Assembly (NCBI RefSeq): GCF_036321535.1
Contig: NC_087436.1
Location: 116,996,001-117,060,000, forward strand
From: Camelus dromedarius
Lineage: Eukaryota
Direction of reading: 5' to 3'
DNA length: 64,000 nt
Under the pieces are notes generated by a model. The model saw nothing but the letters and a program-made list of their open reading frames with translations. It was not told where the DNA came from and ran no database searches. This document shows, piece after piece, positions 48,703-61,698 of the stretch. Every line of letters begins with the position of its first letter. Positions within the stretch are counted from its first letter, which is position 1. The position numbers and the translations under genes were made by a program.

Positions 48703-51700
48703 GACCTAGCTGGCTGCTTTGAGACCAAGTTCAGATAAAATGAAGTCTTTGGACATTGCCCAGCACGGGCAAAACCTTCAAGAGTTCTAAGACCATTTAA
48801 CTCGAGATGCACACAAAAATAAAGTCCCACCTTGGTGGTGAAATCTTGTTCTTCAGAGATGAGATGAGTCACCTTCCACCTATCTCTTCAACGTTTTCCT
48901 AAGACCACTCCCCTCTGCCATGCACTGCTGCCCTAAAGGCTTGTACAAAGACAGTGAAGGTAACAGTTGAGCACTGCTGTTCCCCTCTGGGGACACTGAA
49001 TACAGTTGCTACATTGATATCTTGAAAGCTATGACTGGAGACCAACCTGCCTATCATTCTTTGCACTGGAGGCCATATCTGGTATGTTGGGCACAGGGCT
49101 TAAACTCCATGACTCTGTGGTCCTGCCCAGGTGCCCTTTGCTAAGTTTCGTCTCCACTGTCTGCATTCTTTCCACAAAGCAGCAGACCAATACAGAAAAG
49201 AGCCCCACAGGTGTGGACTCAGAATAGGCTTCAGTAGACCAAGGCATCCATGAAATAGAGATCTTAGCCTCTATGGCAATTGACAACCAGGAGTTCTATT
49301 TCTTCGTACAGGATAACATTAAGAAAACATTGGGTCCTGACACTTCAATGGGATAAATCCCTGTGGCCTATGTATCAATGGCATCTTAACGCTACAGAGA
49401 GCTGCATTCAACAGCTGGAGGTACTTCTAATGAAACTTCACTGGTCAGAGGTTACCAGATCCTTGGCACAGATGACCCACCTATACAGAATCAGGTTAAA
49501 AGTGTCCTTTCCATGTCTAATAAATTTCATAGATATTTATGTTCTGAAGCTTAAAGAACATGACCTTACAGCTGCCAACAGCCAAGTCCCTGACCTGAGA
49601 AAGTTAAGAAAATTAAGTCCATCATACGGCGATGATTAGAGGTCAAAGTTCAACCTGACTAGATGACTTTCCCTTCAGAAAAACAAAGGTCCAGGGGGAA
49701 GTTTTTGGGCCAAGGATCCCAAACACCCCAGGGCTCCTTGTCTGCCCATGTGACTATTTTTTGGACTGAATGAAAAAGAGGAAGATATAGATGAAGCATG
49801 AAGTATCAGGTGAACAGAGACCCTCCGAGGATGGAAAGTACACACAGCAGTCCTACAGCAAGTCCTTGTTTCCCATGAGGGGGCTCTTGGAATCAGACCA
49901 TAGGTTGTGACTTAGGAGGGGGACTAAAACAATCCTTCAAGGAGCAACACATCTTCCGACTAAAGAGTTAAAGACACAACAAGGGGACTACACAATCCAT
50001 TTGTCAAATCACATGACACTTTCTAGTCACTGGATCACTGTGCCTTCCAAGGGTGACTAAGCACACATCTAAGATACAAGAAGGGCCATAAAGAAGATTG
50101 TCATTGTGATGACAATCTTGATCAAATGCCACCAAGTCATCCCAGAAAGATGTCTGCTCACCAAGCACAACAATGATACATCAAATGTATGTACTTGCGA
50201 CGAGCCCTTCAAGAGCCAGGTCCAGGGCACTTTTGAAACCTCAGGGTGAGTATGTGGCATCAATCACTTACTACTCTAGGATGATACAGATCTGTGGACT
50301 GACCAGTAACTCATTTTATGAAACATTTCCTAAGGGTCTAAGGGTATGATCCCTTTTCTTCCATGAAGGGGCACCCAGGTCTATGTTCCATTGTTCTGGA
50401 CACTGGTACCCATGACCATGAACACTAGCATATCTGTCAGTGAAAATCTGCTTGACTTACTTTTCACAGTAAGGCCACCATGGGCAGGCCAGGCTCCAGT
50501 GTATGGTGAACCAGATTATCATTCCTTGCCTAAGGCCCTCAGCCCAAGGCAATTTACCCTTGATGCTAGCTCCAGGTTTGTCCCTAGCAATGTGTTCTAG
50601 ATCCCCTAATGGTCACGCAATTCTTTGATCACATATCACACCCCTGGATTTCATCTGTTCCATGTTGACTCAGCCCACCTCAGCCCACGTCTTCTGAGGT
50701 TCCCTAAAACAGCCTTGGCCATGGACTTTCAAGGAACAGACTTACAAGAGGGTCAGACAGTGTTCAACTTGGGTTGAATGGAGAGCAGAAGGCATGCACG
50801 ATGCAGCACAGACTAACGTGGAAGGAGAGAGTCCACCCTTAGCAGACAACCTCTGAGCTCTGTAGGAGGTTGTTCTGGGGTAAAACTTGAACAGACCCAA
50901 ATGTCTGATTTCAGGGGCCCCTCTTGAGGAATAAGGAAAAACTTTCTTCTATCTTGAGTATCACAAACACCTAGAACAGAGCTGTACGGAGATGCCTTTT
51001 TTCTTTTCAGTCAACAAATATTTGAGCAAGAAATGGAAAAGGAACTACAACATTATCAAAAGGTACCCTTCACCCTGGTAAAGTCCTCCTGGCAATCACA
51101 GGACATCTCCAAGCTTTATCATGAAGATGCATTGTGGTCAAATAGCCTGGATCTCAGTTGGATCCATAACCTACTCTTCCAAGTAACATCTGCCGATGAA
51201 ACCCAGTCACCACTCTACCTCTCCCATCAGCCACACTGGCCTACTGCTTCCAGCCAGAGCACAGAACAGATGTTTACCTCTGGGCCAGCACCAGGAGACC
51301 TAACGAAAACTCTACAACACCAAGCACAGCAACCCCCGACATTCACAAGGACAATGAGAACCAAGTTGTGGTTACATCTCTACAGAGAAAGCTTAGTTAG
51401 AAACAGGTCCATCCTCATACCCAGATTCACGGCTGAAGGCTCCTGAGCTTAAGGGCAAAAGCAGATCTTCAGCATTGATGATTTTGGGGTGAGGGCATGC
51501 TCTGACTTCCCAGTCATGCCAGCAGTCTCCCAAACTACCTGACTTCCCTGATACTAAGTAAAGGTAGGTAAGTATCCAAGAAACTATACTTCTTCAAGCT
51601 ATTTATGGTTAAGACAGAAGTTCTGGGCGATTCTTCTTCTGGAAAACATGAAGTAAGCAGAGTAAACGTCTCACTGAGAGTTGACCACTAGCTAGTGTGA

Positions 51701-52179
51701 TGGTCCCCAGGGAGGAAGTGACATTTATGGTAGCAGGGGTGTATTCCAGGGATTTGGTTGAGCCACCCTGTTCATTTGATGTAATTGCTGAGTATATGGC
51801 AATGGGAAAGGGGCTTCACATAACTAGAGTCCCCAGATAAAAACTTGGACCCTAGCAGAAAAGATTGAGGGGGAGGCCTCTCTAGAAATGGGATAAAGGA
51901 CCCAAAACCACTCACAGGCCCTCCACAGCATTTTCAGTACAACCATTTCCATTGCTTCTGGCTGCTTCTTATGTCAATCTCTCTAAGAAGCACCAAAACA
52001 GAGATCGATCCAGAAGCTTTGCATCCAACCCTGTAGTTCATCCCCTAAACTTTCTTTGAAAGAACTGCGGCCCCAAAATTGAAACTCACAGGCCTAGCAG
52101 GATGCAAAAGGAAACGTCATTAGGATGAGGTTTGACAAGGGAACCCCAGGATGAGATCTGCTTGTTTCCAGATGGGCGC

Positions 52180-52588
52180 ATGATACACATCCGTCCTGAT
52201 GATGTGTGCTGTGCGACACCACTGATAATCCCTGCACTGAAAACGCCAAGATGCTCATCCCCCTCAGGGCATGGCCCTCACTCCAATGAGAACTGCCTCA
52301 CCCAAGGCTATGCGCCTTCCCTGGGGGAGGCCACATTCACTGGCTGGTCTGAAGTAACCAGAGGTCCATCCATGTTGCTCAGTTTAGGACAACTCTAGAG
52401 GGCCACTCTGGCTCCAGAGCTCCTCATGAAGCTGGTCAAAACTTGCATTGATACAGTTCAGCTTCTCTCTCTGTCCTATCTTGCTGTCTTGACTTCTTTT
52501 CCAGTGTTCCCAAGTACACTTCCTATAAACCAAATGCATGTAAATTATCTCAAGGAGTCTGCTTTTCTAGGGAAGCCAAACTCAGACA
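52180..52588 (+). mobile_element. LTR16-like (ERVL) LTR
   Basis: GGACAACTCTAGAGGGCCA...CCAGAGCTCC...GAGTCTGCTTTTCTAGGGAAGCCAAACTCAGACA end; 5' boundary uncertain. Confidence 0.6.
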
Positions 52589-53414
52589 CTTAACTTTTCA
52601 TATGCTTTTATCTTCAAATTTGTAAGTGACACAGGAAATGAAATTTTCGTTCCTTGATGAGTACGTAAACTATCCTCAGTTCCCTGGGTTTACTAGTGCA
52701 GAGATGATACAGTTATATGGAACTAAAGATTTTGCTCAGCTTGTAATACATAAACTGAGAAAATTCTTGGGACCACCCACAGCTTTCCCTAGCAGACACC
52801 CAGTCTCACTTCACATCACAGGATTGGGGCTCTTTGATCTGTCCAGTAAGCCTAAAACACATTATAACAATTAACGGTTCTTTTTTTTTCCTATTGTCAA
52901 GTGCTTTTCCTTGAGGATCCAGGAATGCTTGGGGAATTGGGGAAAAAATTCTCTGTTGACATGGCATTCTTTCTCCAACTCTGGCAGATAGAGAAGGAAT
53001 AAAGGAGAGAGGGAGGCAGAGAGCCATTATTTACTGGACAATTCTGACAGAGAACACTCCAGAACTTTCTTGGTCATTTGAGGATGACAATAAGGCACCC
53101 AGCAACCACCACTAAGCCTATGGGACTGAGGTATCCCTCTTCTGTTCTCCAACAAGCTCATTAGAATGACAAAAGCTTCACCTTCACACCAGGGCCTGTG
53201 CATCACCAACTGGGAGTGGATCTTAAGGTCCCTCACCAAGTTACTTCCTAGAGAGCTTAAAGGAGGGAGGAGCCAAGGAGTCACAAAGCAGCTCCCTGCT
53301 CGGAAATCCCAGGAGAAAAATTCAACAACCTGTGATCCAAGATCTCAAGTGTCTCTTTGTGCCAACTCCAGTCATTACAGCATGTGCCACTCCGCTGTAT
53401 TTTTTCTATGAATG

Positions 53415-53860
53415 GAAGTATAGACCTATTGATAATCACTTTAAATATCAATGGACTAAATGCTCCAATCAAGAGACATGGGGTGGCTGATTGGATAAAA
53501 ACAAGACCCATCTGTATCCTGCTTACAAGAGACTCCAGAGCTAAAGACAGACTGAAAGTGAGGAGATGGGAGAATATCACGCAGATGGAAGTGACAAGGA
53601 AGCGGGGGCAGCAATACTCAGACAAAACAGACTTTAGAACAAAGTCTAACAGACAAAAGGGCATTATATAGTGAGAAAGGTAAAGAAGGGCATCATATAA
53701 TAAAGATAGCAATACAAGAGGATATAACACTCATTAACCTACATGCACCTCACACAGGAGCACAAAGGGAGGAGCTGACAATAGTAGGGGACTTTTAACA
53801 CCCCACTTCCAGTGCACAGACCATTTAGACAGGAAAAAACCAGTTAGGAAGCAGTGGTCT
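53415..53860 (+). mobile_element. L1 ORF2 endonuclease-domain fragment, decayed
   Basis: Peptide IITLNINGLNAPIKRHGVADWIK matches the L1 ORF2 N-terminus. Confidence 0.9.
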
Positions 53861-54859
53861 CATGTTCTGTCTACAGGACAGAGCCTGGGTCTGTTTGTAT
53901 ACATAGAAATGAACTGGTGTTTAAGTCATGAACCTTACAGAGAATGCCAGTATTTGCTGGAACTCCACTAAGTGAACTAGAAATTTCGTCCTCTGAAGGA
54001 AGAAGCCCTAGTTCCCACAGATGACTGTTACCTGGATAAAGTAAGAATATTCTGAATAACTGAAGTCAAACTGCAGCAGTCAGGGTATCTCATGGTACCT
54101 GGGTAGAAGCCAAAATAGATCTAGATAGCTGGACATTCCAGGTTCTCTCAGGTGAGCAAGGCAAACTCACTCAGTTAATGGATTTATTCTTTACATGTAC
54201 CAAGTGCCCATGGTTCCCACAAGATCAGATTCCCAAGGATTACTGGACTATGGCAAAATGTTCAAGCCAGGGACTTAGTAGTTAGGTGACATCCACCATG
54301 ACAGTTTCATCGGTATCTCCAACTGACCTGTATCTTCAGATGCCTAAAAATAGGAACGGGACATGCTTTAAAGGAGCCAAACTTAGAACCAACACCTGCC
54401 CCGAGCTCTCCACGAATTTGGCATGAAGGAACTCTAAACACAGCTGCATTTTTTCTTCTACTACACAAGTCACTTAGGGCAACACCTACTCTGCACAGAA
54501 GATATTTTTGGTCTACCTTATCGTTGGCATTATATGGTTAGACCTGGAAATCACAAGTACCAAGTATTCTGGAACACACCTATAGCCACAATGTGGAAGT
54601 TAACATCAGACCCCTAAGATTTCAAAGTTCATACATTTGCCTGTTAAAAAAGAAAAGAAAAGAAAAGAAAACCTTAACTTGGAGATCAGCTCCAAGCACA
54701 TTACTAAGACCTTATAGACTGAATTTCTAGCCATGAAACATCAAGTATGGGTTTAGAACTTCCCATTATGAGCCAGATGACATAAGGCTCAAAGGCATAA
54801 GGTCACATAGGCACTATCAGTTTTATGTAGATAATATATTTGTTGTGAGTCCCAAACAA

Positions 54860-56810
54860 ATCTAAGGTTGCATTTAAATTATGAGAATTAACTCCACACC
54901 CCCATCATCCCCTACCTCTGTCACACCTCTACGTCTCAGCTTACACCTGTGGCCCCATGGCAAAATCTGTGTGTCAAGGAGGGGAAATTCGAGCCCTGGT
55001 TCACAGATGGATTTGTTCCATATATAACAATGAATTGTTAATGCACTGCTGCACCATGGACTCCTTAGAGGATACCCTAAGGAACACGGAGGGAAAATTC
55101 TCCCCACAGGCATAAGTTCAGTCAGTACACTCGGTCATTTCTCATATGACATGAAATGGGGTCTAAGATGGATATTCAGAATCACATGTATTAGCAAATG
55201 GGCTGGCTGGCTGTCAGTCCTGGAAGCAGCAAGACTAGAAGATTAGAAACAAGGAGGTCTAGGGAAGAGGCATGTAGAAAGACCTATGGGAAAAGGCACA
55301 AAGCCTAAGTTTTTGTGTTTTGTTTTGTTTTTCCAGATCACAAGACAGTGCCTACCAGATCATCACAGAAGATGCCCTCAGCAAGTGGATAGGATAGCTT
55401 CTCTAGAAGTCAGCCAGCTTCCGTGCTCAGCCACCCAAGCACTTGCAGAAAAGGGCCTACCATTCTGTTGGTCCAACATCATGGCTCCCTCTCAAAGCCA
55501 ATCTAGCTACTGCCATTGTTTTAAAGTTGGTGGTCAGCAGACACAGGTGCTAAGCCCTCCACAGGGCATCCTCCAGCCTCTTGTTGGCAAGGTGATTACA
55601 TCTGACCCCTCCATCCCAAAGGAAGCATCCGTCCCACTGTGGTAACTATTCTGGATTTGAATCCACCTTCCATGCCCAGGCACTTCCATGCACAGTGCCT
55701 GTGTGAGCAACAGTGAGGGCTTCCAGGATACCTAAGTTACTGCATGGAAGCCCATGTAAGTCACCTGGAGCAAGTGATCCATTTCAGTGACGAGGATAAA
55801 CAATGGACACATGATCACAGGAACCTTGATTTTCTCCTGTATCATCCAGAAGCTGTCAGATCAACTGGTCATTGAAATGACTTCTTAAATGTGCAGCTAA
55901 AGCACCAGACTGAAGAACTGCAGAGGTGGAGTGTTTCAAAAAAAAAAAAAAATGCACCACAGAGATCTCCCTTTAAGGAAGGACACGTTGCTTGGTAGGG
56001 AGCACAGTAGGCTAGAGAGCTTCCAGCTAGCTGTCAGGACACATGCAGGGACCAAAGGAGCCAGGAGTAAAAATCCCGGCCATATCCATCTGGTGTGGGA
56101 TGACTAGTGGGGGCAACTAATGGAAGATACCCGCAGGTGCTCTCCACCTGGTTCTTGGTCCATCTTCTATCCCAGTCTGACTTGTGCCTAGTCCTTCCTT
56201 TGACACGTGATAAACATACTACATACTCTTGCATTCCTAAGTCAGCCTCAGAGTATCCTTCCCAGAAAACAACTGCACAACCATCATGAAGTAGTAGCAG
56301 CAGACTCAACAAGGTCCAAGGGGTGAGAAGAATCAGACATATGATGCTTTTCCCCGACCCACCCACGTTCACCAGCAGTTTTGGAAGACATCTCCAGCAC
56401 ATCCATGGCCTCCCCAGCTCAAGTGCCCACATATTTGCCTGCTTTCTTTGGTACCATGGGAGCTTGCTCAGCCACAGACCATAAACTGCAGTTAATGCCC
56501 TTGAGGATACCCACCCCTGCTCTCAACCAACAAGGGAGAGATGGTCATCAGGCGACTGCCTCGGCCACCCCATTGCACAGGAGTGTCACCAGATGTGCAC
56601 TACACAGAACAGTGTATCACAGGCTCCCCTGAGGGGCTGAGGCCCAGATGCCCATAGCAGTAAACCCGCTAACACACCATTTGACTTTCTCCTTCCCCGG
56701 TCCCATTTTCCTCAGTCTCCCTCATGCTTCCTGGGACCACCTACCAGATGAACTACCTTCATCCGTATCCCTTGTCTCAGGGTCTGCTTTCTGGGAAAGT
56801 TAAACTAAGA
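54860..56810 (+). mobile_element. Decayed ERVL/MaLR internal sequence followed by ERVL-class LTR fragments
   Basis: TGGTTCACAGATGGA (WFTDG, RNase H-like) near 54997; LTR-like ends near 56280 and 56810 (CTCAGGGTCTGCTTTCTGGGAAAG). Confidence 0.5.
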
Positions 56811-56859
56811 AGTCCGTTCATGGGATTACAGTCAGATTGAGTCCAAAATCTGGTGACAC

Positions 56860-57680
56860 TGTTGGGAGTGAACATGACCCCCCAGATTCATGTGAAGCCC
56901 AACCCCCAATATGATGGAACTGGGAGGTGAGGCCTTGGGAGGTAATTAGGTTTAGATGAGGTCATATGGGTGGGTCTCCCATGATGGGATTAGTGGCCTC
57001 CAAAGAGGAAGGAGACCAGCACGCCCTTGCTTTCTACCACATGAAACAGAAGATGGTCATCTTTAAGCCAGGAGGAAAGCTCTCACCAGGAAATCAATCT
57101 CCTGGTGAGACAGGGAGAAAGAGGGCAGGACACAGCCATTAAAGAAATGACACAGTAGCTACCACCAAGATGGCAGAAAATCAACTCCCAATAGTCTGAG
57201 GCCCAAGATGGCAGGATATTCAACCTCCAGCTGACCATGAGTTTCATTATACACACTGTAATGTATTAGCATGGTGAATGACACACCCACAGGGGCCATG
57301 ACAGTTCCAAGGTTAACCATGAAAGGTCAAAGAGGGCAGTGGCCCAATTCCTGGGAATCCCCGCCCCTTCCCCAAAGTTGTTGGAATTACCCTCCTACCC
57401 ATTAGCATATGAAGTTACCAAGCCCATAAAAACTAACCCCACACCTCATGGTGGCTCTCTCTCACCTGAGATGGCCAGCACTCTGTGGAATGTACACCTT
57501 TCTGAATAAATCTACTTTTATTCAACTATGGCTCGCTCTTGATTTCTTTCCTGCTCGAAGCCCAAGGACCCTCACTTGGCGGGGTGCATCCCAAGGACTT
57601 GAGACCTGGGACATGGCCATCTTCTCACACGCCCCATTTTTTCCTGCATCACTGGCAAATTCATCTTGGATTTCCCAGGT
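56860..57680 (+). mobile_element. MLT1-type MaLR LTR, interrupted by a younger LTR
   Basis: CCCCCAGATTCATGTGAAGCCC...AGGTAATTAGGTTTAGATGAGGTCAT...GATGGGATTAGTG; resumes at 57652 (CTGGCAAATTCATCTTGGATTTCCCAG). Confidence 0.8.
57106..57651 (+). mobile_element. Solo MER41-like ERV1 LTR with 4-bp TSD
   Basis: TG...CA termini, CTGG at 57102-57105 and 57652-57655, AATAAA near 57505, two CCAAGATGGC motifs; family recognised by eye. Confidence 0.85.
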
Positions 57681-58022
57681 TGTTCATCTCTTTAGACCTA
57701 GCAGGTCTCCAGCTCTTCAACCTCCCCTTTCCTCCAGTCCACCGCAAAACGCTGCAGTGTTTCAGCCACATTCTCCCCAATAGTGTTTCCAGGCTCATCT
57801 CAGCTTCACTGGAAGAAGTTTGGCTCTTGGTGAAGGTAGCCACTGGAACAAGGGTTGTGATCACACTGATGGAGAATGCAGCCTTGCACCCCCTGACACT
57901 GAGCAGAGGTCTGTGCATGCCTGTCCCCCAGCCCTTCCCGTCCCTCCCTGAGTCTGATCCAGGAGGCTCCCCTCTGAAAGTCTGCATCTCAGTGAATCAG
58001 CAGTTTCCCAATTAGTGCAGAG

Positions 58023-58044
58023 AAAAAAAAAAAAAAAAAAAAAA
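58023..58044. repeat. Poly(A) tract of ~22 nt
   Basis: Directly visible; no associated element or TSD identified. Confidence 0.9.
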
Positions 58045-58929
58045 GACAGAATCCACGTTCTGTCTCCAGATCAGAGAGCTAAGCTGAGTATGAAAGGAGA
58101 ATGTTATCATTCTTAGAGCTAAGGCAGACAACACTAATCACAGAAGAACAATTTAACCTTTTGTAAAGATCCTATTTGAACCCTTTTTTCTGCTTGTCCT
58201 TGCATGTCCCTTTAGTAGGTCAAGGCAACCGATTCTGTCCTTACAGCTCTGCTGATAATATACTTGGAGTGCCCTGAGGCTATTGGTGAAACAGACACCA
58301 GATCAAGGTTGTTTGCTAGATTCTTGGAATAGTCCCAAACACTCTTTGTCCTTCAGATTTCTAGCGAGGCCTGGCCTATGAAGACTCGACCTGGACGTCT
58401 GGTGCTGGGTGCTACTCCTAGTGTCAACAGAAATCCTCCTTCTAGAAAAAGCAGTTGAGTGGCAAGTTGGACCATAAGCTTAAGAAATTTAGCTCAACAG
58501 TATAGAAGTCTGAATAAAGACTTCCAGATCCTCCTAAAAACCTAGCAACTGAAATGTAGCTGTGGGCTCTTGGGTATGTTTCCAGTGTTCCATATGTGTA
58601 AAATACATTTCAGTAAAACTTTAGACATTGCTAAGGTCACTACAACTTGCTGAATGTCTATGTTTTAGTCATAAAGTCCAAATTTTGTTCCTTGAATACT
58701 CAAAAATCAAAGATTTAGACTCAAATTAAAACATGGTAACTGATAACCTCCTAGATTAAGGTTTGTCACCTTAGGCTTTTTGAATTTGTAGACATGCTTA
58801 GTTGCTTATCATGTAATAGTTTGTTGCCTTTGCAATTTTAAGTTCAATTTTAAAACTGTGGTTCCAAAGTGAAGCTTTTGGTTTTATATGACTATTTTAA
58901 GAATTTCTCAGAAACAAAAGTTTATACCT

Positions 58930-59447
58930 TATATCCAGAGAAAAATATAATTCAAAGGGACATATGCACCCCAGTGTTCCCAGCAGCACTATTTACAATA
59001 GCCAAGACAAGGAAACAACCCAAATGTCCATTGACAGAGGGCTGGATATATATACAATATGGCATATATACACAATGGAATACTACTCAACCATAAAAAA
59101 TAAAATGCCATTTGCAGCAACATGGATGGATCTGGAGATCATCCTTCTAAGTGAAGTAAGCCAGAAAAAGAAAAATGCCACGTGATATCTCTTACATGCG
59201 GAATCTAAAATGAACAAATGAACTTATTTACAAAACAAACAGACTCACAGAGAGAACTTCTGATTACCAGGGGTAAAAGGGGTAGGAAGGGATAAATTGG
59301 GAGTTTGAAGTTTGCACCTCCTGGGGAATGATGGAAATGTTGTCTTGGTTGTGGTGGTTTCATGGGTGTACACATCTATCAAAATTCAAATTGTACATCT
59401 GAAATATGTGTAGTTGGTACCATACCACAATAAAGGTGTTAAAAAAA
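58930..59447 (+). mobile_element. 5'-truncated L1 (ORF2 C-terminus plus 3' UTR)
   Basis: Peptides CTPVFPAALFTIAKT and MPFAATWMDLEIILLSEVSQ; imperfect TSD AAAAGTTTATACCT / AAGAGTTTATGCCT. Confidence 0.9.
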
Positions 59448-59771
59448 GAGTTTATGCCTGCGGCCACATGCGTAACATTACAAGGTGTTCACAACGCACA
59501 GGATTTTGTGATAAGGTGAGTTGCCCTGCATGGCACACAGCCTGGGCCTGAGAGAGTCAGATCCCAGGCTCTCCAGCAGGCGAGTAATTATCTCTCAAAA
59601 GGTAGGTGAGTTTAGTATATGGAGAGGTGATTCACACAGGACCAGGAATCCTCTGCAGGAAAAGAGCAAGAGCAGAGATGGTCCGGCAGAGGAACGACGC
59701 CCCAACGACATCCTTAATCCCATCCTTGAGTCCCTAGTTGCCCTCCTGGCAGCTGGACCAGGGGAGTCCTC

Positions 59772-59790
59772 TAGCACCACCTGGTGGCCC
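59772..59790 (-). promoter_or_regulatory. CTCF-like motif
   Basis: Minus strand GGGCCACCAGGTGGTGCTA versus consensus TGGCCACCAGGGGGCGCTA; motif only, binding unknown. Confidence 0.5.
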
Positions 59791-61698
59791 TGGGGCATCA
59801 CAACAGCAGACATGGAGATGAGAAACCCCTGGAAGCTTAACACTCTGGTCTCCCAAGCCCACCCTAGGAAGCCTGTGCTCAAGATCATCAGACCTTAATG
59901 GAGACAAGGCCAATCTTGGAATACCCTGAAAACCTACTCAGTATCTCAGGAGTAGGCCTGGGCACATCTTTTCTCCAACTGCATCCTCTCCACTGACCCT
60001 AAATCAGCCTCAGGGCTCAGCCGGCCCTGGCTTGGCTCACTACATGACCTTCCGGCCAGAGGGCACCAGAACACACACCCCTAAGGAGCTCCCAACCACA
60101 TCCATCTCAGAGTAGCTGGATGAGCCAGAGATGCTGTGCACAGGCAGCAAGACATGCTAGGACGAGACAGTCCCATCTCTGGAGAGTCCCATGGGGGCAT
60201 TCTCTTAACCATGAAGGCACCCAGCCACACCAAAGCTAAGCAGGACTTGGGAGAAGTCCTCTCGCAGATCTGAAGGTGAAGTGGTCCGGGGACAGCAGTG
60301 AGTGACATGGGCCATCTGCTTGTCACAGTCAGCATCCCATGATCACCTCTAATTCGCCCAACGGTCGTAACTGCCTCAGGTGAGACTTCGAGAGCATTTG
60401 ATCAAGAACAAACTGCGGAGTCCAGGAGGCTGCCCTGCATACACATTATGCTCACTATGTAATGCGTATGTCGAAAAATGCTCCAATAAGACATCTTAAA
60501 ACTCGCTTTGTCAAGCAGTAACAAGACGGAATAGAGCGGCTTCTATGGTTCATTCCTTAGTGGTAAGAGATTAAGGGTACAGGACAGCATAGTTTGAAAG
60601 CCCATAACCCTGACAAAACTGACAGGCATTCTCCAAGGAGGGCCTCGGTGATTTTTTTTTTTTTTGAATACTATACAATATACCCACAGCAGATGAACAG
60701 CAAAATGGAATTGCCTAACAAGTCAGTTTAAGTAGCCATTTTGTCAAATCCACTCACTGCCACCTGGCAGAAGTGATAAATTTCAAGATCTGTGACAGAC
60801 GAAAACCATGATGCTTAATGTCAGGTCCTTATGCACTCAAGTCAGAGCTGCATGTAGATTTTCACTCTTCGATCGTCATTCACACTACTGGAAGTTCAGA
60901 AAGTCGGGCCGCTTATCACAGGGGACCCTGCAGAACCTGGTGAGTCCGCAGATGGCTTTGACAGCACTACGGCCCACCCCTCCCCAAAGCCGCATCACAG
61001 GCCGGCCTCCAGCAGTGCTGACACTTGCCGACCAAATGGAGACCAGCAGGGGACACTTGAGACAAGGTCTGGTCCTCTGGCCAGGCCAGCCTCCTCTCCT
61101 CTGGGAGAGGAAGGGGCTCATTCCCCTCCCCCATCTCTTGGCCAACTGCTCCGTCTGGCCAGAGCAGGTCAGCACAAGGACAGGCACCCCCTGCGCTGCA
61201 GGCCCACGGACTGCGCTTCAGAAGCGGGAGTTATTCTAGAAGAGTGAACTCAGATGCAAGAGGTGCTCCTTGGGAGATTCTCCAGGCTCCATGAGGGGCA
61301 CAAGCCCAGGGGTTCTAAGGATGCCCTTATATAAATTATATAATAAGGGGTTATTTAGTGCCGGGGTAGAGAGGGCAGGCCATCGGGCAGCGCCCAGCTT
61401 CCCCACTCTGCACGGACAGTCAGGTAGGCACACCACACACCTTCAGGCATGAGCACGCAGCTTGTGTTTGAGGCTGACCTTCAGAGGAAAAGCATGGGAC
61501 ACCCAACCTCTCATTACCTGCAGGTACCCTGGATGTCTGTACCATGGAGCAAGAAAGCCCCCGCGGCTCCCATAGCCCTTTCTGTGCACTGTCTCACCAG
61601 GGAAGACAGAGGTCCAGCCACAGATGATCATCCAGGCCTCCCTGGGACACCCAGACTCAGTTACTTCAGGGCAGGATCCACCCACCAAGACAGCTTCA

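Noticed and set aside
51033..51446. 137-aa ATG-initiated ORF
   Set aside because: No recognisable homology or supporting gene structure.
57680..58044. Processed pseudogene ending in the poly(A) tract
   Set aside because: No AATAAA upstream, no TSD and no recognisable protein.
61324..61349. AT-rich inverted repeat CCCTTAT...ATAAGGG with TATA-like boxes
   Set aside because: Short and low complexity; not a CArG box; no supporting context.
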